This document shows, one piece after another, positions 16,573 through 25,914 of a DNA stretch of 64,000 bases. Position numbers and translations under genes: made by a program. Each line of letters starts with the position of its first letter. Positions within the stretch are counted from its first letter, which is position 1. Source of the DNA: Candidatus Omnitrophota bacterium (GTDB lineage: Bacteria > Omnitrophota > Gorgyraeia > Duberdicusellales > 4484-171); assembly GCA_021735655.1 (NCBI GenBank), contig JAIPGM010000006.1, forward strand, positions 32,001-96,000, in the 5' to 3' direction. The notes beneath the pieces are model-generated. The model saw nothing but the letters and a program-made list of their open reading frames with translations, searched no databases and was not told the DNA's origin.

Positions 16573-18968
16573 TTAACCTTTTCCAAAATAATCTCTTCGC
16601 GTAATCTATAAATGGCATCTTCAAGGAATTTCTCAAATCTTGAGTATTCCTCAGCCTCAACAAAACGTTTTTTCATCTTAAAATTTTGATGGAAATCAAT
16701 ACCCTGGTCAAGTTTCTTGTAAGAAACTTGAAGATCAAACCAAGGATTTTCCAAAATAAATGTTTCCGGTAAATATTTAACTTTCAAATTTTCCGGCAAA
16801 ATTATCCTTATCTTAGAATCCCGGCCGTGTAATCCTTCAAAATCTATCGGGTACTTCCTCTGATCTTTACTAATAAGTTTATGATCTAGCTGAAGTTGAT
16901 CTAAAACCGGAAGGATTCGTAAATCCCCAGCCGGGTTTAAAACTTTTTTAGCTTCAAAATTATAAGTAAGCATTGGATTTTTGGAAAAATCGTCAACATT
17001 TTTAATACTATAGTCAACAAAAGTAGAAAGCGACGATATCTCCCGCATTTTTTTACGGAGATCTTCTTCGATTAAGGCCGGGTGTGTATACTTTAGATAC
17101 CAACGATAAGAAGCAGCAAAAAATCCACTACTTATCACTCTGCGAATAACCTTCGCATTCTCGTCAGCATCAACTGTAATTTTCATATCATATTTAACTC
17201 TATTTTTTTTCAATGTATCGGTAGTAACAATCTTCCAGCCTTGATCAAAAAATACCATCACCGAACGATTCTGATCAGAAAGCGGTATATCCATAAAAGG
17301 AGTTGTTTCAGAGGTAGGATCCATAAAGATTAATTTATCGTCAATTTCAACAGCAGCAATAGCATGGTTAAAATTAATTGAAGGGAAGCTTTCCTCGATA
17401 GGATAAACGCTATCAGTAGGGATAAGCACCGGATAAGCCTTAAGGCCAGCTTCTCGGAGCAAAGAAACTAATAATACCGCCTGGTCCTTACAATCGCCAT
17501 AGCGATTCACAAACACTTCTTGGGCTGAGTGTGGTTCGTGTCCACCTTCTCCATACTCAATAGCTACATACCGAATATTTTTAGCCACAAATTCATGAAT
17601 TTCTCGAGCCTTGCCAAAGTCATCGGTGGCAGTTTCAATGATTTTACTCAAAAACTCTCTCATGCTTTCAGTTACCTGAATTTTATCTTGATAGAGAGAT
17701 TCCCACCACTCATAAATCTCATCCCATGAAGAAAAGCTCGATATTAGAATTGCTGGGTTAACATAAGCGTAAGACGGCATTGAATACTCGGGAATTATTG
17801 GTTTTATTCGATTGAATTCCCACCTATAGACCTTTGAATCATCACTTTCAGATAAAGATGGCTTAAGATCTATGCCTTCGGCATAATTTTGATTAAAAAA
17901 CTTAAAATTTACCGGGCTCTCTCTAGGCGTAACAAGATTAAAGTACGCTTTAAACACTGGGTATTGCTCCCTTAAGCGATAAATAAAGGTAAATTTGTCC
18001 TCGTTAACTAATTTTGATGAATAAATTTTGAATTTATATTCAATGAATGAACCAACATCTACTGAAGGCATAGAAATAATTCGAGCTCGCGAATTACTAT
18101 AAAGAGGAAAATTAAGATAGCGGCTAACGTCGCGGATATTCTCTTCTCCGACATATCTAACCTGCCCTTCCTTAGTTATCGTACGAGCAAACTCTAGCTC
18201 TATACGCTGGTAAGTTGAATCATACCCAATGTCGACTTCAGCTAATTTTTTGCCTCGCTCTTTTAAAACTTGCTCGATAACATGAACCGTAGATACCGAA
18301 GTATTTTTAGGAGTAATCTCCGTCGCCTCATCTACAAGAAGATAAACTGCAGCATCGTCGTTTATTTCAGTTAAAAAACTTTCTGCACTTTTAGTGATTT
18401 CTTTTATCTCTAAAGGTATTCCTTCCTCTACTTTGGCCCCAATCGCTTTAATTCTTTCTTTGGCCCGAGACTCAAAAGGCGGTGTAACTTTAGCATATAT
18501 TTTTAAAGCCTTAGGGAAAAGATTTTTCTCCTCTAATACTGTTCCATAAAGATAAAGGTATTCTGGGTCTTTAGGCAGCGGTTTTAATTGTTCAAAAATT
18601 TCAATAGCTAAGGCGTACTCTTTAAGCCTGGTATAAGCCTTAGCTAAAATAACTCTTGCCTGAATCAGATCAAAACCTTTAAACAGATCAATTGTGCGCT
18701 GATAATCCTTGAAACCATAATAGAATTGGCCAAGCTCAAGGCGTAAGGAATTATTTTGGGGGTCACTCTTGAGAAGTTCTTGATGTTTACTAATCAGATC
18801 TTCATATCGCTCCGAGAAATCACCAAAATCATCAGAATTAATGGGTTTATCCATTGGCTGGGGAGCACAACCTAAAAGGGCAGCAATAGCTACAAACAAA
18901 ATAAACCTGGAAGCGTAAACTTCCCAAATAATATTTTTTCTAAGCTTCGGAGTTCTAAAAATAGGCAT
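16569..18968 (-). CDS. TPR repeats + transglutaminase-like cysteine protease domain protein (lipoprotein-like N-terminus)
   Basis: N-terminal signal/lipobox-like LLGCAP and TPRs; transglutaminase core YGDCKDQAVLLVSLLREAGLKAYPVL; large DUF3857-like N-terminal region. Confidence 0.6.
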   Translation of the reverse strand: MPIFRTPKLRKNIIWEVYASRFILFVAIAALLGCAPQPMDKPINSDDFGDFSERYEDLISKHQELLKSDPQNNSLRLELGQFYYGFKDYQRTIDLFKGFDLIQARVILAKAYTRLKEYALAIEIFEQLKPLPKDPEYLYLYGTVLEEKNLFPKALKIYAKVTPPFESRAKERIKAIGAKVEEGIPLEIKEITKSAESFLTEINDDAAVYLLVDEATEITPKNTSVSTVHVIEQVLKERGKKLAEVDIGYDSTYQRIELEFARTITKEGQVRYVGEENIRDVSRYLNFPLYSNSRARIISMPSVDVGSFIEYKFKIYSSKLVNEDKFTFIYRLREQYPVFKAYFNLVTPRESPVNFKFFNQNYAEGIDLKPSLSESDDSKVYRWEFNRIKPIIPEYSMPSYAYVNPAILISSFSSWDEIYEWWESLYQDKIQVTESMREFLSKIIETATDDFGKAREIHEFVAKNIRYVAIEYGEGGHEPHSAQEVFVNRYGDCKDQAVLLVSLLREAGLKAYPVLIPTDSVYPIEESFPSINFNHAIAAVEIDDKLIFMDPTSETTPFMDIPLSDQNRSVMVFFDQGWKIVTTDTLKKNRVKYDMKITVDADENAKVIRRVISSGFFAASYRWYLKYTHPALIEEDLRKKMREISSLSTFVDYSIKNVDDFSKNPMLTYNFEAKKVLNPAGDLRILPVLDQLQLDHKLISKDQRKYPIDFEGLHGRDSKIRIILPENLKVKYLPETFILENPWFDLQVSYKKLDQGIDFHQNFKMKKRFVEAEEYSRFEKFLEDAIYRLREEIILEKVK

Positions 18969-18971
18969 AAA

Positions 18972-20123
18972 TTATTTTAACTTTCCTAAAAACTTCTCAA
19001 TTCGAATTATTGCTTCTTTTAAATTGTCTAAAGAATTAGCATAGGAAATTCTAATATAGGAACTAAGCTCTTTACCAAAAGCTACTCCCGGCACTACAGC
19101 TACCTTTTGTTCAAATAAAAGTTTTTTAGCAAAGCTCAATGAATCTATCTTAAATTTTTCTAAAGAAGGAAAGCAGTAAAATGCTCCTTGCGGTAAATTC
19201 GTAGTTAACCCTAACCGATTTAGCTCTTTTACGACAAGCTCTCTTCTGCGTCGATAGGCCGAACGCATAGCTATAACTTCCTTCTGACTAAGCAAAGCTT
19301 CCGAGGCAGCGACTTGAGAGATAGTCGGCACACACATTATTGAAAAAGAATGGATTTTAGACATTGCTGCGATGATCTCCTGACTAGCGCAAGCATAACC
19401 TACCCGAAAGCCAGTCATCGCATAACCCTTGGAAAATCCATTAAGCAAAATCGTTCGCTTTTTTGCCTCTTTAGACAAACTAGCAAAAGGGCTATGTTTT
19501 TGATCGTAAATCAATTCATCATAAACTTCATCGCTAATAACCAATGTCTTTTTATTAGCGATAACCTTCCATATTTTTTTAAGCTCTAGAGAGGTATAAT
19601 GTGTCCCGGTAGGGTTGGAAGGATTATTTAAAATAATCGCTTTTGGGTTAGCTTTAAGAAGCTCTTTTAATCTCTTAATATCTATTTTAAAATTATCTTC
19701 GGCCTTTGTAGTTAAATAGAGAACCTGGCCTCCAGAAATCTCAACCAGAGCCGGATAAGCGACATAATGCGGAGTCACTACGATAACCTTATCTTTTGGC
19801 TCTAAGATAGCCCTCAAAGCCAAATCTAAAGCCTCACTCACCCCAACAGTTATCAGGATTTCGGTTTTAGGATCATAGCTTAAAGAAAATCTTCTCTTAT
19901 AGTGGTTGGCTATGTCCCGACGCAAAACAAAAAGCCCCTGGTTTGAGGTGTAAGAAGTCATTCCTTCCTCAAGGGCGGTAATTGCCTTTTCGCGAACCCT
20001 CCAAGGAGAGATAAAATCTGGCTCACCGACCCCCAGAGAAATAACCTCTGGCATTCCCATAACTAAATCGAAAAATGCCCGTATCCCCGAAGGGGCTAAT
20101 TTTTTAACTCTTTTAGAAATCAT
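18972..20123 (-). CDS. class I/II PLP-dependent aminotransferase (aspartate aminotransferase-like)
   Basis: NPSNPTG, SFSKGYAMTGFRVGY. Confidence 0.8.
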   Translation of the reverse strand: MISKRVKKLAPSGIRAFFDLVMGMPEVISLGVGEPDFISPWRVREKAITALEEGMTSYTSNQGLFVLRRDIANHYKRRFSLSYDPKTEILITVGVSEALDLALRAILEPKDKVIVVTPHYVAYPALVEISGGQVLYLTTKAEDNFKIDIKRLKELLKANPKAIILNNPSNPTGTHYTSLELKKIWKVIANKKTLVISDEVYDELIYDQKHSPFASLSKEAKKRTILLNGFSKGYAMTGFRVGYACASQEIIAAMSKIHSFSIMCVPTISQVAASEALLSQKEVIAMRSAYRRRRELVVKELNRLGLTTNLPQGAFYCFPSLEKFKIDSLSFAKKLLFEQKVAVVPGVAFGKELSSYIRISYANSLDNLKEAIIRIEKFLGKLK

Positions 20124-20133
20124 TCATATCCCT

Positions 20134-20616
20134 TTAATAGGTTATTGCTAATCTTTGATTCTTATCTTTCTTTACTAAAATAACTCCATCTTCTTTATAT
20201 TTCTTAAGCATAAAATGAGTCGCGGTTCCTCTTACCTGATTTAAAGGAGCGAGCTTCTCGGAAACAAAACTGGCCACCGTATTGATATCGTCACCTTCAA
20301 CCACCAATAATAAATCATAAGTTCCTGAAAGAAGATAACAACTTTTTACTTCCGGGAAACGATAAATTCGCTCAGCCACTAAATCAAACCCCACATCTTT
20401 CTGAGGAGCTATTTTAACTTCGATTAGAGCCCGAACACTCCGCTCACCTTTAATTTTCTGCCGATTAATCACAGTCTTGTAGTTTACAATAACTCCTTTT
20501 TTCTCATAGCTTTTTATAGCCTTACTGAGCTCTTGCTTACTTTTACCAGTTAACTTCTGAAGCTCCTCCAAGGTAATCCGAGCATTACTTTCTAAAATCT
20601 CTAATATATCATCCAT
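20134..20616 (-). CDS. Lrp/AsnC family transcriptional regulator
   Basis: N-terminal HTH, C-terminal RAM domain. Confidence 0.75.
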   Translation of the reverse strand: MDDILEILESNARITLEELQKLTGKSKQELSKAIKSYEKKGVIVNYKTVINRQKIKGERSVRALIEVKIAPQKDVGFDLVAERIYRFPEVKSCYLLSGTYDLLLVVEGDDINTVASFVSEKLAPLNQVRGTATHFMLKKYKEDGVILVKKDKNQRLAITY

Positions 20617-20670
20617 GTTAAGCCCTCCTTTTAGCTTCTCTATTGTATCAAAATAGCTTTTGCTTGTAAA

Positions 20671-21507
20671 TTAAGCTCTCGCCGAGGGAATTTGCACTTC
20701 TAAAACTCTTCTTAAGAGTATCCGGCGCGGCTCTTTAGCTTGCCCCTGGAATAAAAAATAAAAAAATCTCCCCTCTCTAACGAGACGCAAAGGTAATACC
20801 TGATCATGCTCTAAGATATTTGAACTGGAAAAATATTTTATATCTATTTTGTGGTCGTTTTCGATGGCTTCCTTTAAAATAGCAATTTTTTTATCTTCTT
20901 TGATTTTAAAAATATCATTACTGCAACTATAAAGCGACACGTAATCATCTAGGCTTTCAATCTTTTTATTTTTAAACCCATCTATAAGCTTTAAGAAAGT
21001 TTGGTAGGTCACCAAAGCATCGTCTAAAGCTCTATGCAGCCCACCTTTACAATCAATGCCTAATGACTTAGCTACCGTTCCTAAATTGTAACGAGGCAAA
21101 TCAAGCCCATCTCTAGCCATCGCCAAGATATCCACTGTCGGTAAGTTTAAAGGTTCCCGTCCAATTCTCTTTAAACTATAATCAATAAACTTTGCATCAA
21201 ATTCAACATTATAGGCACAAAGTACTGTCCCTTTTAAAAAATCAAGAAGCTTATCGGCTAGCTTTTCAAACGGCGGAGCATACTTTAAATCTTGATCTGA
21301 TATTTTATGAATTTGATAGGCTGCCTGAGGTACGGCCATTTTAGGGTTTACCAAACTATGAAATTTATCAACGATCTTTCTGTTCTTAACTTTAAAAGCC
21401 CCAATTTCACAGATGGCGTCACCCATGACCACATCTAAACCGGTAGTTTCTAAGTCTAAAAAGGTTAGCTGATAATCTTCAAGCGGTTTGCTTAAATCTA
21501 TATCCAT
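20671..21507 (-). CDS. 3'-5' exonuclease, DnaQ/DNA polymerase III epsilon family, with C-terminal extra domain
   Basis: Exo I FLDLETTGLD, Exo II/III motifs. Confidence 0.7.
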   Translation of the reverse strand: MDIDLSKPLEDYQLTFLDLETTGLDVVMGDAICEIGAFKVKNRKIVDKFHSLVNPKMAVPQAAYQIHKISDQDLKYAPPFEKLADKLLDFLKGTVLCAYNVEFDAKFIDYSLKRIGREPLNLPTVDILAMARDGLDLPRYNLGTVAKSLGIDCKGGLHRALDDALVTYQTFLKLIDGFKNKKIESLDDYVSLYSCSNDIFKIKEDKKIAILKEAIENDHKIDIKYFSSSNILEHDQVLPLRLVREGRFFYFLFQGQAKEPRRILLRRVLEVQIPSARA

Positions 21508-21523
21508 TTGGTCTTTGCTACAT

Positions 21524-21934
21524 TTAATTAATTACTTTGGCTACTATCTCTCTATGCCTAGCTCGAGTATCAAAATCAATCAAAACTACCTGTTGCCAAG
21601 TTCCTAAATCAAGATGGCCTTGACTAACCGACACAAAAAGGCTAGTTTTAATCAAGGAGCTACGTAAATGTGCGTGTCCGTTATCATCCGACCAAGTAAA
21701 GTTATGAGCATAGTCCTTACGATAGGGCAAAAGCTGTTCAAAAGCTTGCTTTAAATCTTTTTCTAACCCCGGTTCATACTCCATAGTAGTGAGAGCTGCG
21801 GTTGAGCCGATAACCGACAAAAAAATAACCCCTTCTTTAAGGTTTTCTTTTTCAACTATTCGCTTCAACTCAGAAGTAATGTTGATTATATCGCAATTGC
21901 CTTTAGTCTTTACTTTGATTCGATCTGTTTTCAT
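21524..21934 (-). CDS. YjbQ/UPF0047 family protein (secondary thiamine-phosphate synthase-like)
   Basis: Length and motif pattern (..TAALT.MEYEPGL.., H..H) typical of YjbQ. Confidence 0.6.
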   Translation of the reverse strand: MKTDRIKVKTKGNCDIINITSELKRIVEKENLKEGVIFLSVIGSTAALTTMEYEPGLEKDLKQAFEQLLPYRKDYAHNFTWSDDNGHAHLRSSLIKTSLFVSVSQGHLDLGTWQQVVLIDFDTRARHREIVAKVIN

Positions 21935-21973
21935 CTCCCCAGACTCGCTTACACTATGCTTTCGATCTGTTTG

Positions 21974-22294
21974 TTATTTAATTCTACTGCCCGGCTCTAC
22001 CTTTTTATCGCAAACAATAAGACTAGCATCATCTTTGCTTTGAGCAACGAGCACCATACCCTCAGAAGCGGCCCCACGGATAGTTTTTGGCTCTAGATTA
22101 ACTAAAACCACTACTGATTTGCCGGCCAAATCTTCAACTGCGTAAAAAGGTTTTATACCAGCAACCAATGAAATGGTTTTTTCACCAATGTCCACGGTCA
22201 GCAAATAAAGTTTTTCGGCGTTCGGATGTAATTCAACCGTTAAAACTTTACCCACCCTTAAATCAAGCTTAGAAAAATCGTCAAAAGTTACCAT
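21974..22294 (-). CDS. stand-alone tRNA-binding protein (CsaA/Trbp111, EMAP-like OB fold)
   Basis: MVTFDDFSKLDLRVGKV...HPNAEKLY; same fold as the N-domain normally fused to PheT/MetG. Confidence 0.75.
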   Translation of the reverse strand: MVTFDDFSKLDLRVGKVLTVELHPNAEKLYLLTVDIGEKTISLVAGIKPFYAVEDLAGKSVVVLVNLEPKTIRGAASEGMVLVAQSKDDASLIVCDKKVEPGSRIK

Positions 22295-22387
22295 TATCTA
22301 CCTCCATAAATTACAATAATTAAAAAACAGGTCTACCAATAAACAATGGGGCGATCTTAAAGGTAGGAAATATACAAATACACACTA

Positions 22388-22702
22388 TCAACTCGCCAAA
22401 ATAATATCTTTAAGTATTACCCAAAGAAGCGTGATGATAATCGCTGCGGTAACAATATAGAAATCGTTAAAATAAAAAAATTCTCTTACGGCTTCGGTGC
22501 GCCGATGCTTTTTCTCAGGAATGTTATACCTTTTCTTAATCGCTGGCGCCACCTTTAATACATCTTCCCTTTTAAACCTTAGAAATTCTCCCGCCACCTT
22601 AAAATGAGGTATAAGCCGAGAACTTGCTAATTCAATTACATCCTTCTCGGAAATCCCCAATACATGGGACACTTCCCTAGTACTAAGAAGCTTTTCTCTC
22701 AT
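22388..22702 (-). CDS. excisionase-type HTH DNA-binding protein with C-terminal TM anchor
   Basis: LSTREVSHVLGISEKDVIEL...FKREDV (excisionase-family HTH); hydrophobic C-terminus. Confidence 0.5.
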   Translation of the reverse strand: MREKLLSTREVSHVLGISEKDVIELASSRLIPHFKVAGEFLRFKREDVLKVAPAIKKRYNIPEKKHRRTEAVREFFYFNDFYIVTAAIIITLLWVILKDIILAS

Positions 22703-22736
22703 AGTTTAAACACCAATCAATCTTTTCTTTCTCAGG

Positions 22737-23234
22737 TTAAATTTTATGAGCTATCCAATCTTCCACTTGGTCCCGATCAAACAAAAATTTATTCCCTTCT
22801 TTTTCTACTGGAATTTTACCGCCTTCAACCCATTCCATAATTTTTTTTTCGCCGACTGATAGATAATCAGAAAGTTCCTCTAAGGAAATCTTCCCTTCGT
22901 TCATCCTGCATTTACCATTAAACACAGCCCCTTTTTCAATAGTAATTTGAGAAACGTTAACGTCTCCAAAAACCTTAGCAGTTGAAGTTAATCTTATGCC
23001 TTCGGTTGCTTTAATATTACCCTTAACTGTTCCGGCAACAATTACTTCTTCTCCAGAAATATCTGCTTTTACATCTGCGCTTGAACCAATAGTTAAGCTC
23101 CCCTTGGTGGTCAAGCTACCTTCAAACCTGCCATTTATTCTCAAATTCACGGGGTCAGAAAAAACTAAGCTTCCTTGCATGGCAGCATTCACATCAAGGA
23201 TTTTGTCTTCGCCTCTTCGTTTACTCATCTTCAC
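22737..23234 (-). CDS. bactofilin (polymer-forming cytoskeletal protein) fused to C-terminal excisionase-type HTH
   Basis: Bactofilin beta-helix repeats (G.FEGSL...G.V.G.I...V.G); C-terminal ISLEELSDYLSVGEKKIMEWVEGGKIP...FDRDQVEDWI. Confidence 0.65.
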   Translation of the reverse strand: MKMSKRRGEDKILDVNAAMQGSLVFSDPVNLRINGRFEGSLTTKGSLTIGSSADVKADISGEEVIVAGTVKGNIKATEGIRLTSTAKVFGDVNVSQITIEKGAVFNGKCRMNEGKISLEELSDYLSVGEKKIMEWVEGGKIPVEKEGNKFLFDRDQVEDWIAHKI

Positions 23235-23273
23235 ACCCCCTGTTAAAATATTCCTATTATATATATTAAATAT

Positions 23274-23690
23274 TTAATTTTCAAGTTTCTTCAAAAAAGA
23301 AAGCGACAAGTAAGATATAAGCGTCGCCATAAGGGCCGCGCTTATATAACCACAACCAACAGCCAAGCCGATAGCTGAACTTATCCAGATACTAGCAGCA
23401 GTAGTTAAACCCTTAACCCCTTCGCGGCTACGGATAATCGTTCCAGCGCCTAAAAACCCGATACCAGTAACTACTCCGGCAGCAATTCGGCCAGGATCTA
23501 TCGCCGTCTGGCCCTGATATATCTCAAAAATGTGAAGCGAAACCAACATTATCAATGTTGACCCGGTACAAACTAAAATATGAGTACGAAGACCGGCAGA
23601 ACTAGCTTTTTTTTCACGCTCAAAACCAATGATACTCCCCAAACAAAAGGCAATCAGCAGTCGAAAAATAGTATCAAATAGATTTAACAT
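23274..23690 (-). CDS. MgtC/SapB family membrane protein
   Basis: 138 aa, 4 TM, MgtC N-terminal domain pattern. Confidence 0.65.
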   Translation of the reverse strand: MLNLFDTIFRLLIAFCLGSIIGFEREKKASSAGLRTHILVCTGSTLIMLVSLHIFEIYQGQTAIDPGRIAAGVVTGIGFLGAGTIIRSREGVKGLTTAASIWISSAIGLAVGCGYISAALMATLISYLSLSFLKKLEN

Positions 23691-23691
23691 T

Positions 23692-24681
23692 TCAATTAGG
23701 TTTAGCCTCTAAAGCAATATTACTCTCTTTACCTATTTTATTATACAAGTAAAACCCTAATCCTGCAACCATTGCCGCATTGTCTCCCGTATACTCTTTA
23801 GAAGCAATAAAAACCTTAAGCCCTCGGTCCTGGTAGTCTTTTAGGCGCCTACGTAAATAACTATTCGCTGTAACCCCACCCCCACAAACTATAGTTTTAA
23901 CTTTTAGTTTATCCACCGCCTCTTCGGTTGCTGCGATAATAGCTTCTAAAGCTGCATATTGGAATGAAGAAAGAAGTCTTTTTTTCATCTTCGCATCAAA
24001 AACACCTTTTTTCTCCATCTCGATTTTCTTGTAAATTAAAGCCGTTTTTATGCCACTAAAGCTTAAATCTAAACCACTGCGACCGCAGTTAAACTTAAAA
24101 TCGGACCTTTGGTCGTAGTTAAACAACCTATCAATCAGTGGGCCTCCAGGATATCCCAATCCATAAGCTTTAGCTACCTTGTCAAACACCTCACCACAAG
24201 CATCGTCGCGGGTTGAACCGACCAAATTAACTCGATCGAAATCATCGACTCGGTAAAATTCAGTATGCCCCCCGGAAACTACCAACCCTAAAAAAGGAAA
24301 AGGAATTCTTTTATGATAATCTAAAAAAGGAGAAAAAATGTGAGCTTGTAGATGATTAACGCCAATAAAAGGTTTTTTCAGCGCCAGAGAAAGGGCCTTA
24401 GCAAAATTAAGCCCAACGACCAAACTTCCGATTAACCCGGGGCACTGGGTTACTGCAATTAAATTTATTTTCTTTAAAGGAACCTTGGCTTTTATTGTAG
24501 CTAGCTCAACAACCCGGTCAATACTAACTAGGTGTGCCCGGGTAGCAATTTCTGGAACTACCCCACCATACTTTTTATGCTCGCTTAGAGAAGAAAGAGT
24601 AACGTTAGAAAGAACCTTGTTATTTTTTAAAATTGCACAAGAAGTCTCATCACAAGATGTTTCTATACCAAGAGTGTACAT
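23692..24681 (-). CDS. tsaD: tRNA N6-adenosine threonylcarbamoyltransferase TsaD
   Basis: Kae1/TsaD motifs GIETSCDETS, HLxAH, SGGV. Confidence 0.9.
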   Translation of the reverse strand: MYTLGIETSCDETSCAILKNNKVLSNVTLSSLSEHKKYGGVVPEIATRAHLVSIDRVVELATIKAKVPLKKINLIAVTQCPGLIGSLVVGLNFAKALSLALKKPFIGVNHLQAHIFSPFLDYHKRIPFPFLGLVVSGGHTEFYRVDDFDRVNLVGSTRDDACGEVFDKVAKAYGLGYPGGPLIDRLFNYDQRSDFKFNCGRSGLDLSFSGIKTALIYKKIEMEKKGVFDAKMKKRLLSSFQYAALEAIIAATEEAVDKLKVKTIVCGGGVTANSYLRRRLKDYQDRGLKVFIASKEYTGDNAAMVAGLGFYLYNKIGKESNIALEAKPN

Positions 24682-24699
24682 AAATAAAATTAACTATAT

Positions 24700-25914
24700 T
24701 TATTCACTGCCTTTCAAAACTAAAATGCCTTTAAGCAAATCAACTGCTCTTACTATCTGATAATCTTTCTTATAATCAAAGTCATCTTCTTTGAGCTTCT
24801 TAAAAACATCTTCCTTGTTTTCTTTACTCTCATCAGGGACTACCACGATGTCTGGATTGACTCCCTTTTCATGAATACTTATTCCATCAGGAGTATAATA
24901 TTTAGATGTGGTTAGCCTCAGAGCCGATCCATCAGAAAGAGGAATTATCGTCTGGACTGAACCCTTACCAAAGGTAGTTTCACCAAGAAGTATTGCTCGA
25001 TTGTTTTCCCTAAGGGCTGCAGCAACAATTTCGCTTCCCGAAGCGCTTCCCTTGTTAATCAACACCACTATCGGAATATCTAAATATTTCTTCTGAAAAG
25101 GAAGAGACTTGTAAATACTTTCGTCTTGATCGCGAGTTTTAGTTGAAACCACCACCTTGCCGTCTTCAAGAAATCTACTTGATACATCGATCGCTGAAGT
25201 CAACAACCCCCCAGGATTATTACGTACATCAAGGATAAAGGCTTTCAGATTATTTTCTTGCAGTTTTTCTAAAGCTTTTCCTAAATCTTTAGCTGTAGTC
25301 TCACGAAACTCAGAAATTCTGGCATAACCAATACCATCATCCAAAATTACCGCTCGCTTAATATCTTTTATCTTAATAATGCCACGAGTAATCGTAACTT
25401 CTTCAAGTTTTCTAGTAACTTCTCGTAAAATTGTTATAGTAACATCAGTACCGGGTTTACCACGAAGCTTCTTAACCGCTTCATTGAGAGTAATTCCTTT
25501 AGTTAACTCACCTTCTATTTTAATAATTATATCACCAGGCTTAACTCCTGCTTCCCAGGCCGGGGTATCTTCAATCGGGGAAACTATTGTCAATAGTCCA
25601 TCACGAATGGTGATTTCAATCCCCAACCCGCCGAATTTGCCTTCAGTCTCAATAAGAAGATTTTTATAATCTTCAGGAGTTAAAAATTGGCTATAGGAAT
25701 CCAAGGAAAAAAGCATGCCACGCATCGCCCCATAAATTAAATCCTCGGCTGACTTATCTTCTACATATTTTTCTTCAATAACCGCTAAACCTTCGGAGAA
25801 TATCTCTAACTCCTTATAAACATCCTCTCTATCTTTTCCAAAAGAAAACCCCATCGTATAGGAAATCAATACCACTGCTACAGCCATTGCAAAGATAATA
25901 ACTCTTTTTCTCAT
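24700..25914 (-). CDS. ctpA: carboxyl-terminal processing protease (S41) with PDZ domain
   Basis: N-terminal TM, PDZ, S41 motif GSASGSEIVAAAL. Confidence 0.85.
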   Translation of the reverse strand: MRKRVIIFAMAVAVVLISYTMGFSFGKDREDVYKELEIFSEGLAVIEEKYVEDKSAEDLIYGAMRGMLFSLDSYSQFLTPEDYKNLLIETEGKFGGLGIEITIRDGLLTIVSPIEDTPAWEAGVKPGDIIIKIEGELTKGITLNEAVKKLRGKPGTDVTITILREVTRKLEEVTITRGIIKIKDIKRAVILDDGIGYARISEFRETTAKDLGKALEKLQENNLKAFILDVRNNPGGLLTSAIDVSSRFLEDGKVVVSTKTRDQDESIYKSLPFQKKYLDIPIVVLINKGSASGSEIVAAALRENNRAILLGETTFGKGSVQTIIPLSDGSALRLTTSKYYTPDGISIHEKGVNPDIVVVPDESKENKEDVFKKLKEDDFDYKKDYQIVRAVDLLKGILVLKGSE

